Below are positions 54,056 to 64,000 of a stretch of 64,000 bases of DNA, one piece after another. The notes under the pieces are model-generated. The model worked only from the letters and a program-made list of their open reading frames with translations, was not told the origin of the DNA and did no database searches. Each line of letters begins with the position of its first letter. Position 1 is the first letter of the stretch. Where the stretch lies: contig OX597820.1 of assembly GCA_951406725.2 (NCBI GenBank), positions 26,536,001 to 26,600,000 of the forward strand, given 5' to 3'. The stretch is from Octopus vulgaris (taxonomy: Eukaryota). The position numbers were made by a program, and so were the translations under genes.

Positions 54056-54173
54056 AGAGCTAAGTCAAACTGTTATTAAATAACACACACACACACACAC
54101 ACACAGATATATATAAAGGGAAAGATAGAGATAGAGATAGAGAGGGAGAGAGAAATAAGAAATAAATATTTAC

Positions 54174-54257
54174 TTGGTAAGCCATAAGGTGGCGTCTGTT
54201 AGTATCATAAAACTTAGGCAAGGGTAGCGTTCCGGGCCTGTAGTGATCTTCAAGAAT
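54174..54257 (-). CDS. Cytoplasmic-tail exon (ILEDHYRPGTLPLPKFYDTNRRHLMAYQ)
   Basis: tatttcag acceptor, gtaaat donor, 84 nt, phase 0-0, open frame. Confidence 0.75.
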
Positions 54258-54631
54258 CTGAAATACGACGAAAAACATAGTTATATAAAACAGTATATTA
54301 GCAGAATACATAGAGCAGTGGACAAATATTCTGCCCAATACCACAAATTTGCTTGTCAGTTGCTTGACTTTAAATCACTTGAGCATGTCCCTTTCTGGCT
54401 GATAATATGCGCATCTTTGATTACCAGCAAGAGTAATGGGGAAGCATCATAGCCATGTGTTGAGAGATTCTTTGTAGTTTGAATAAATGTTAGAAAATCA
54501 AAGTCTGAAGGAAATATTAGCTATTTTTCATATTATCTCTGGGTAAGAAAATAGGAAATGACAGTTGCTACCCGAAGACAAAACTCGAGTTACCCAGTGC
54601 TATTGAATGAAATCACGTAAATTCAGTTTAC

Positions 54632-54806
54632 CAAATCTTCGGGGTATCTCACGGGATCGGACACAAAACTCCATCGTCTGCGGTCGGGTGAAACAGGTAC
54701 TTCGTACACTTGTGGAGAGCCAGCCTCTGTCCAATATCGCGGCAGTTTTACCAAAGTGGATTCGCTGGTTGATAAATGTCTGGCATTGGCAGCTTTGTTA
54801 TTTCTT
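54632..54806 (-). CDS. Cytoplasmic-tail exon (RNNKAANARHLSTSESTLVKLPRYW...VRYPEDL)
   Basis: ttttgtag acceptor, gtaaac donor, 175 nt, phase 2-0. In frame with the TM exon (AA+A=Lys). Confidence 0.75.
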
Positions 54807-55399
54807 CTACAAAACAATGAGATTGAAAAGAGGAAACGTAAATATCTTTTAGAATCGAAGATGTGGATACGTATTCAATTTTAGCATTCTTCCGATCTTT
54901 GTGCCTCGCCATGTATGTATATTAAAAGGACCCCACTTCGGGTCATGAATGACCGTGGGATTACACCTAGAAAGTTACCCTCCGAGACACAAGTCGGGAC
55001 AAGGAAGACCAGCAGTCACCTATGTATACCAGCCGCCTCACTCCACGCCACCGATGTTATCCAAGGGAACGCAAAGGCTGATACAGTTTGGCACCAGCAA
55101 TGTCACAACTAATTTCTACAACCGAGTGAACTGGAGCAACGTGAAATAAAGTGCCTTGCTCAAGAACACAACACACAACCCGGTCCGGGAATCGAACTCA
55201 TGATTATAAACCTGACGCTCTAACCACTGAGCCATGCGCCTTCACATGTATGTATGCACTGGTATGGCAGTGTGGTTACGAAGTTCGCATCGCAATCACG
55301 GGTGTCTTTCAATCTAGTCCCAGGCAGACCAATGCCACGTCAGTGAATTTAGTTGTGTGTGCTCGCGCGCATTTGCGTGCATCTTCTGTATTCTGGGAA

Positions 55400-56240
55400 T
55401 GCAATCTGTTGTCGATTTACCAATACTTCATAAGGACCCCAAATTAAAGGAAATTCTAAACATACACCAAATCATTAAAAGCTACAAACAACCTAAATCA
55501 CTTAAAAAGATTCTCACAAAGGCAAAATTGTTTTCTGAAATTACGGATGCAAAAGTAAAAAAATGTGGTAGACCGAACTGTGCAACATGTCCAAACCTGC
55601 TAGAAGGATCAGAATTCCTCTTCAAAGAGGGACAGAAATTCAAGATCAAATCTAATTTTACTTGTGCCTCTGAAAACATAATTTATGTCATAAGATGCTC
55701 GGGCTGCCACCAAAACTACGTGGGGTCCACGGGACTATCACTCAGACGTAGATGTACACTGTATCGACAACAGATTGCATTCCCAGAATACAGAATGATA
55801 CCCTTTAGTGAGCACATTAAGAAATGCGCAAAGCAACTACTACCACAATTTTTAATCTTTTCATTTTACCAATGTGCTATCGGAACACCAACACAAATTA
55901 GACTAAACAAGGAAACATTCTTCATTGAAAAATACAAGCCCAAACTTAACCATTCCAACATTCTTATACAGAGAAACTCACCCCCCCCCAAAAGGCAAGA
56001 AATATTAAGCGATTATCTCCCTTACACCGGAAGAAATCACTTATTACCTACCCTTATCTGGAACTCTCTTTTACACTTCTCAACGAAAACATAACGATGT
56101 AAGAAATTTGAAAAGCTGAACGCGAAACCGGTCATTTCTTCAAAAACTATGTCATTGTATGAAAAAAATTTATAACATTCTTCTGACATAATGACTCAAA
56201 TATATATTTTTTAACCTTTTAAAACAAGCCTTCTGTAGTT
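55400..56240 (+). mobile_element. 5'-truncated Penelope-like element, Neptune type (Cys linker plus GIY-YIG endonuclease)
   Basis: CGRPNCATC...FTCASENIIYVIRCSGCHQNYVGST...LRRR...SEH...E.FFI..Y.P.LN, then a hammerhead motif and (CT)n(TA)n. Confidence 0.9.
56101..56140 (+). ncRNA. Minimal type I hammerhead ribozyme with U3-A8 core
   Basis: Stem I AAGAAAU/AUUUCUU (7 bp), core UUGAAAA, stem II GC-UGAAC-GC, GAAAC-CG-GUC. Predicted cut 56133/56134. Confidence 0.7.
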
Positions 56241-56256
56241 TTTTCACTTTTTACTA

Positions 56257-56351
<95 letters not shown>

Positions 56352-56814
56352 GAGGCATATGAAAGATACGCATAAATGTAATTACATAACTGTATACATG
56401 CTGGATTTCGGTCGAGCGTTCTATATCTAGTTCTGGAAATTGTGTTTTCTAAACGACAGACTGTGCTAATGATCTTGCAGATGTTTACGTATCCATATAC
56501 GAAAATATTAACATGTGAAACTAATTAGTACATAGGTAATCGTTTTTTTATTCCGTATATTTTCATTTGTTTTGCGTATTTTTACACTTTGTTTTTTTGC
56601 TGAATTTTTTGTTGAGAACACATTCTTCGTGGAAAATGGCGATTTTGACGTCTATATCTAGCATACAGGCTGTCCACTTTTAGTGCTTGTCAGTCCTCTA
56701 AATTATATATATGTATATATATATATATATATATATAAAAATATTTAATCTTCGGATTTTTAAAAATATGCTTGGCCACTGGTTTTAATTAATTAATATC
56801 AATTTCTATCCTTA

Positions 56815-56859
<45 letters not shown>

Positions 56860-57032
56860 CTTGTAGTTTGATCGTTGATGGTCTATTTCTAGCATACGGC
56901 CGACTCCCTAGCAGTAAGCCCTGCCAATATACACATATATTAGAATTTTCTCTGATTTCTCAGATTTTTGTATGCTGGACTACTGGTTTTAAATTGATAT
57001 TAAAATTAATATTAATTTATCTCCCTCATTAT

Positions 57033-57111
<79 letters not shown>

Positions 57112-59242
57112 GTTTGTTTACGTTCCCGTATTGTAGTGGTTCAGCAAAAGTGACCGATAGAGTAAGCTCCAGATTTAAAACTTGTGTGTATATGTGTGGA
57201 TGAGTGTAAGGCGGCCGAAGTGGCAGAGTCATTAAAGCGGCGATATTCGTTCTGCCCTTCAGCGCTTTTGAGTTCAAATACTACGGAGCTCAACTTTACT
57301 TTCCGTCGTTTCTTGTCTCTTTCTATGTATTTGCGACCCTTTATGGAAAAAAAAAATCGGCTGTGATCAAACCTGGAAAAGGATAAGCCCCGCTAAGTTT
57401 TGAAATGCCGTATGTTATAACGAATATCTTATAATTCCTGATGGATTTGTCCGACTTTTCCTTGTTTGCTAACCACACAGCTGTAAATAAAACTTCGTCA
57501 CCAACTGTAACTTAATGGTAATCATTATGAAACATTATAAAATATTCTCCTTTCTCAAACTTCAGAAGTTTCACACATTTAATGATTGCTGTGTGAGTTT
57601 CGTTGGTTCGAGTTCGAGATATGAAATCGAAACTTCAATCTCTTTATATACAATTAAAAACATTCTCGTTGAATCGAAACATCGAGTGAATTACGCCGTG
57701 TGACGTAAAATTTCACTTAGACATATTATAATAAGGTTTTCAAATATCAGTTCGTTTATTTTGACAGTGAAAACATATTTTTCTCACGCTTTTATGATGC
57801 TGTTTTTCGTTTTTAAAAAACAAAGTACTATGATATATTTCTTTTCAAAACTTTCCAAATGTTATCACTCCAATTACATAGCACTCAAATTGAGCGTCAT
57901 ATGTAAATATTCTTTGTTGCAAAGTTAACCCCACTCTACGACGTTTCAACTTTAGCTCTAACGTTTTTGAATTCAAATTTAATCACTCATTTTCTGAGAG
58001 AGCAATTCGCTTTTGCTTTGATAAATATTGACATATGTATAAATCTTTTTGACATTTGCTTCGCATTCTTGTTTTGCTTCTTTTCACCACGTTTATCCGC
58101 CAACTCAAACATATTGAAATTTAGAGTTAATGGAGTTGTTTATCTTCCAACCTTTTCAGAGAAGAACCGTTGTTTTCAACACGGTACAACCATGACTTTT
58201 TCTCTTCTCTGCATTGTGTTTTCGAATTACTGTTCTCTCTCATCAAAATTATTTCTTACCCAGTTTGTTAAATTTTAGCGAAATATTCAAAAGTTTTGTC
58301 TTTTAAAGCGCTTATCTATAAACACTACCGCCATACTTTCTCACGTTGAAAATTTCGCTTGAGAAGAAAAATCTGCCTTGAAACTATTTAACCGTGTGGA
58401 CCACACAACATCCTTTGTCGTGACCGTTAGATGGCCATTACCTACTCTTCTTTATCAAAGGAAGACGATAGATCGAAGTTCCTGATACATCCGGCTTTTA
58501 GCCAGATTCGTACAGCCCGTGGTAAAAAAATGTTCGACATAAATCGATGATTCCACAACGCACGGATACTGAACAAATTTATGCAAACTGTTTCGTCGCC
58601 CTGCATGCATCACGGACAGGTCCGGTTGCTGGCAGCTTAACAACGGTAATGCTTATAGAATAGTGGTTCTCAGCCTTTTGTCGCTCAGTGCTTCCTTTCG
58701 CCAAAGAGTATTTTACAAAGCCCCCTCCCTATGTTTTGCAAAAATATAAAAGCAGATTATTTTTATCAAACAAAAGTTAGTTTTGTGCATTGTGCTGCTA
58801 CCCGTTGATAACAATATTTGCTTATTTTCGACTAAGGTTTCTTGTTAATCTGATTAAAATATAAATAGTTTTAACTGATTTAAATACTTTATTTCTAAGA
58901 TAAATTACGAACCCCGTTAAGAACCCCAGTGCCTCTGTAGTACCTCTTTGAAATGTACAACTCTGCAGTGAGCTCACAGCACCTCAAGGAAGTGCCACCG
59001 CTCTGTTTGAGGACCTTTACTGTAGAATATATCTTGACTAAACAATGCCCCTTGTTTCTCTGACCGGATCTCGACTACAACTAGGATTTCCTCATTCGAC
59101 GCTACATTTGCAAAGCTGCGCGATTATTACTGCTTAACTGAGTCGCCACAACCGCACTCGTTCGTTTTATAACACGCACACACACACACACAGACATCGA
59201 CACCTCCCCTACGCACATGAACACATATAAATAAATAAATGC

Positions 59243-59486
59243 ACCCTTTTAAAGCCTAGCCAGGTTCATGGGCCTGGTTTCCCGGTTTCTATGGCGTATG
59301 TGTTCCCCAGCTGGACGGGACGCCAGTCCATCGCAGCGTTACTCATTTTTGCCAGCTGAGTGGACTGGAGCAACGTGAAACGAAGTGTTTTGCTCAAGAA
59401 CACAACGCGTCGCCCGGTCCAGGAATCGAAACCTCAATCTTACGATCATGATGCCGACACCCTAACCACTAAGTCACGCGCCTCCA
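59243..59486 (-). mobile_element. SINE family D (older copy at 7950-8190 on +)
   Basis: Head and body shared with family C; distinct tail ctgcgatggactggcgtcccgtccag. Confidence 0.8.
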
Positions 59487-59528
59487 CACATTAACACATA
59501 ATAAACAAAAAACAAAAATAAAAAGTAA

Positions 59529-59940
59529 AGGAGTGGCTGTGTGGTAAGTAGCTTGCTAACCAACCACATGGTTCCGAGTTCAGTCCCACTGCGTGGCATC
59601 TTGGGCAAGTGTCTTCTGCTATAGCCCCGGGTCGACCAATACCTTGTGAGTGGATTTGGTAGACGGAAACTGAAAGAAGCCTGTCGTATATATGTATATA
59701 TATGTATATGTGTGTATGTGTGTGTGTTTGTGTGTGTGTGTTTGTCCCCCTAGCATTGCTTGACAACCGATGCTGGTGTGTTTACGTCCCCGTCACTTAG
59801 CGGTTCGGCAAAAGAGACCGATGGAATAAGTACTGGGCTTACAAAGAATAAGTCCCGGGGTCGATTTGCTCGACTAAAGGCGGTGCTCCAGCATGGCCGC
59901 AGTCAAATGACTGAAACAAGTAAAAGAGTAAAAAGAGTAA
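59529..59940 (+). mobile_element. SINE family B (CORE-like tRNA-derived SINE with internal TA/TG microsatellite), full length
   Basis: A/B-box-like head, MIR/CORE-like ttgggcaagtgtcttct, gtaaaaga tail repeats. Confidence 0.88.
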
Positions 59941-59982
59941 TAGTAGATGTCATTTTCATATTAGCATCATGTGACCAGGCCT

Positions 59983-60120
59983 GACCAGTAGGTGCCTAGC
60001 ATCCAGAAACCACCTGGGATTTGTCTCAAATCTCTCATTCTTCTATTGTCCGGTGAGACGGACGTGTCCTTTGTCCTCACGAAACTTTGTCATAGGAAAC
60101 TGAATCAAACTTATTAAAAT
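59983..60120 (+). mobile_element. Decayed second copy of the hammerhead-bearing repeat at 53937-54082
   Basis: Shares ccagtag..gcct..catc and atttgtctcaaatc. Core CCGGUGA (60050-60056), GGAC/GUCC stem, GAAAC-UUU-GUC. Confidence 0.6.
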
Positions 60121-60737
60121 CTATATAACTTCTAGCAAAAAAGTTGGGTACCACTTTCTTTCGTTTGCCTACTCACTCATGTGTGTGTGTGCTTGTATGT
60201 GTGTGTGGGTGCGTGTGTGATTGCGCATACATACATACATACATACATACATACTATATTTCTTTATTGCCCACAAAGGGCTAAACATAGAGGGGACAAA
60301 CAAGGACAGACAAAGGAGTTAAGTCGATTACATCGACCCCAGTGCGTAACTGGTACTTAATTTATCGACCCCGAAAGGATGAAAGGCATAGTCGACCTCG
60401 GCGGAATTTAAACTCAGAACGTAACGGCAGACAAAATACGGCTACGCATTTCGCCCGGTATGCTAACGTTTCTGCCAGCTCTCCGCCTTACATACGCCTT
60501 ACATACATACATACATACATACATGCATATCTGTTTTCTTTATTTGCTTCAGTCATTAGACTGCAGCCATGCTGGGGCACAACGTTGAAGGATTCTTAGT
60601 CGAACAAATGTATTCCAGCTCTTATTTTTTTGTTAGAGCCGGTTCTTATCCAATCGGTCTGTTTTACCGCGCCGCTAATTTACGGAGAGGTAACACACCA
60701 GCATCGGTTGCAGGCGGTGGTGGGAGACAAACACAGA

Positions 60738-60889
<152 letters not shown>

Positions 60890-61571
60890 ACGTGTTTCTC
60901 TGAGTTTCCGTTTAACAAATCCACTCGCATTGCTTTGATCGGCCCGAAGCTAAAATAGAAGATACTTTCCCAAGATGCCACGCAGTGAGACTGATCCTAC
61001 AACCATGTAGTTGGAGAAGCGAGCTTATTACCACACAATCACACCAACGTTTTGCTTTCAAAATGTTGAAGTTTAATTTTATAAAAAAATTTGTCCATTT
61101 TCTTTAATTTTCATTTAGTGGTTTCTGTCCACCGTCAAGGTTTATGTTGGGGGAGGTCTTTCCCCTCTGACATTTTATGTTGAATGTCAGCTATCAAAAA
61201 TATCGCGAACATTTAAAAAAAATCTGCTCACCTTTCTTTGAACCAATTGGAACGAATTTGTACAGAAAAAGGTCACCCCAATTTTGAAAAATAAATCACA
61301 AAAAAGTAATCCAGAAACGATAAGGTTTCGAGGCACTTTTTATCAATAATAATCATAATTCTTTCTATTATAGGCACAAGGTCTGGAATTTGTGGGGAGG
61401 ATATAATTAATTACATCGACCCCAGTATTTGAATGGTACTTAATTTATCGACCTTAAAAGGATGAATGGCAAAGTCGGCTCCGGCGGAATTCGAACTCAG
61501 AACGTAGCGGCAGACGAAATATCACTAAGCATTTCGCCCGGCGTGCTAACGACTCTGCTAACACGCCGCTC

Positions 61572-61620
<49 letters not shown>

Positions 61621-61769
61621 TGATGATGATGATTTTAATTTAGGAACAGACACACTGAGCAAACGTAATAATGTAGTACTCAATAAATTTGCTTTAAGTC
61701 ATTCGTATTTATTAACAGTTTGACTATGCATGGGGTTAGTCAAACTGTCATTGAAAACTGTTTTATATA

Positions 61770-62015
61770 TGTTCCTCATGCTTCCTTTGAAGAACTTGCC
61801 CAAAAGCGATGCAATTGATGCAAACCTGTTTTGATGCAATTCGGAATTTCGAAAGTTAATAATTGAATCCTCTTCAAGAAAAGAGAACTGGAGTAAAATA
61901 AGAGAAATGCGATCCCAGCGAATCATTGTAACGATTCTGCGTCCTGTCCTCAGTTTGGACAATCTTGCAAATCTTTGGCCGAGTTAAAGTCACATCAGAG
62001 ACACAAACACAAATG
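61770..62015 (+). mobile_element. Decayed BovB/RTE-type LINE C-terminal remnant
   Basis: Broken frame reads FEELAQKR...NFES...QEKR...CPQFGQSCKSLAELKSHQRHKH. Confidence 0.65.
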
Positions 62016-62071
62016 ATAATTATACTAAACCTCCAGGCTCTCGTACGTCGAAATCGACGGGAGAGCCCGTC

Positions 62072-62126
<55 letters not shown>

Positions 62127-62484
62127 TATATGTGTGTGTACCCCCTTTCGGTCATGAATGACTATGGGATTGCACATAAAAAGTTACCTTCTGATGTACA
62201 AGCCCAGGCAAGGTTGTTTATGGAAGACCAGCAGTCGCTCATGCATACCAGCCTCCCCTCTCCACACCACTGATGTTATCCAAGGGAAAGGCAAAGGCCG
62301 ATACACCTTGGCACCAGTGACGTCGCAGCTCATTTCTACAGCTGAGTGAACTGGAGCAACGTGAAATAAAGTGTCTTGCTCAAGAACACAGTACGCAGCC
62401 CGGTCCGGGAATCGAACTCATAACCTCACGATCTTAAGCTCAACGCTCTAATCACTGAGCCATGTGCCTTCACAATCACTGAGC

Positions 62485-62562
<78 letters not shown>

Positions 62563-63131
62563 CACACACACATGTGCGTGTAACGCCGTAGACTGCGGTA
62601 ATCGTCCTGAGAAATAATCACGCATAGACGTTAGGTGCTAAAAATACACGGATTATATCGGTCGACGAAATTTCTTCAGCACTTTACGACATCACTGACT
62701 ATTTAGTCAGTGTTAGTTTTCATGAATTTTAGATCTGGCTTGGATTCCTGCTGCTGCTGATACGCAGTGTACGCTGAAATCATGTGATACAACAGTCCCA
62801 TCCGTCGGTGCTTACGAAATCCCCTTAATTTATATAATCTGTACTTTTTTAGCACCTAAGCATCTATACGAGCTGATTTCTCAGAACGATACCGCGATGT
62901 ACTGTTACTCTTTACTCATAACTTGCTTCAGTCATTTGACTGCGGCCATGCTGGAGCACCGCCTTTAGTCGATCAAATTGATCCCAGGACTTATTCTTTG
63001 CAAGCCTAGTACTTATTCTATCGGTCTTTTTTGCTGAACCGTTTTTTTGCCACCAGCATCGGCTGTCAAGCGATGTTGGGGGACAAACACAGAAACACAA
63101 ACACACACACACACATAAGTTGGCTGTGAGA

Positions 63132-63172
<41 letters not shown>

Positions 63173-63269
63173 TACATATACATAATCAATCACACACACA
63201 CATATATATACTCGTTACTAGATTCAGCTCGGCCGAACTGGACACTGCCGTTATATCGTTATATAGACA

Positions 63270-63349
<80 letters not shown>

Positions 63350-63378
63350 GAAACAAATAGTGTTGCAGCTTTACTTAC

Positions 63379-63478
63379 TTCTTGGTTTTCCGTCGATACA
63401 TGAAGATGCACCAGATGCAAATGAGAAGAGTCAGGAATAGAAGACCACCGAGTGTGCTGCACAGTATAATCACCAACA
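63379..63478 (-). CDS. Transmembrane exon of an unidentified type I membrane protein (LVIILCSTLGGLLFLTLLICIWCIFMYRRKTK)
   Basis: ttgcag acceptor (63479-63480), gtaagt donor (63373-63378), phase 1-2. Hydrophobic helix followed by basic stop-transfer RRKTKK. Confidence 0.8.
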
Positions 63479-63497
63479 CTGCAATGCAGAAGAGCAA

Positions 63498-63532
<35 letters not shown>

Positions 63533-63642
63533 AAAGTCGTATGGGCAGAAAATGAAACAGAAGAAAAGAAAAAGACAAGGAGAAAATGTTGAAAGGAATA
63601 TATTCTAAGCTCGAGTCACGAACCGCAATATCAAATACATGC

Positions 63643-63700
<58 letters not shown>

Positions 63701-63941
63701 TATATATAAATAAATGTCTGCACACACATGCGCGCGCATGTATATATGCATATGTATATAGGCACAAGCATGGGCGAGTGATTAGGAAGTTTACTTCTCA
63801 ACCCTATGCATTTAGGTTCAATTCCATTATGCGTCACCTGCAAGTGTCTTCCACTAAGGTGCCGGACCGACTAATGCCTTGTGAGTGAATTTGATGAACG
63901 GAAACTTTTTGGAAGCCCATCATATACGCATGCGTGTATAA

Positions 63942-63981
<40 letters not shown>

Positions 63982-64000
63982 GTGTGTGTGTGTGTGAAAT

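Noticed and set aside
55357-56094. Host GIY-YIG nuclease gene
   Set aside because: Intronless, 5'-truncated and followed by a hammerhead and microsatellite, so a Penelope fragment.
58625-58636. RFX X-box-like gttgctggcagc
   Set aside because: Imperfect match, intronic once the TM exon is included, and no independent promoter evidence.
61699-61962. 87-aa minus-strand ORF as an exon
   Set aside because: It is the antisense of a decayed RTE C-terminus on +.

Overview
AT-rich, microsatellite- and SINE-dense eukaryotic DNA. The repeat landscape suggests an octopus or other coleoid cephalopod, but this is an inference. Two convergent spliced genes can be assembled from phase-consistent GT-AG exons. 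(1) On +, the 3' half of a KANK ankyrin-repeat gene: 8 coding exons from 684 to 35125. (2) On -, the 3' end of an unidentified single-pass type I membrane protein: TM exon 63379-63478, tail exons 54632-54806 and 54174-54257, terminal exon 50536-50634. The ORF track does not show this second gene as a unit. Mobile DNA includes a young 5'-truncated RTE LINE with a C4HC3 (PHD-like) finger inside its RT, a Neptune-type Penelope GIY-YIG fragment, Tc1 and mariner derivatives, piggyBac- and hAT-like MITEs, and about five tRNA-derived SINE families, some nested or chimeric. The most unusual signal is a set of minimal type I hammerhead ribozyme motifs. Two look near-intact (54004-54055; 56101-56140, the latter with a U3-A8 covariant core). 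Three unrelated palindromic cassettes inside the KANK transcript each pair a sense hammerhead with its own antisense copy. CpG frequency rises visibly at about 42 kb, consistent with gene-body methylation of KANK only. Most long ORFs in the track are microsatellite artefacts. All alignments and folds were done by eye.
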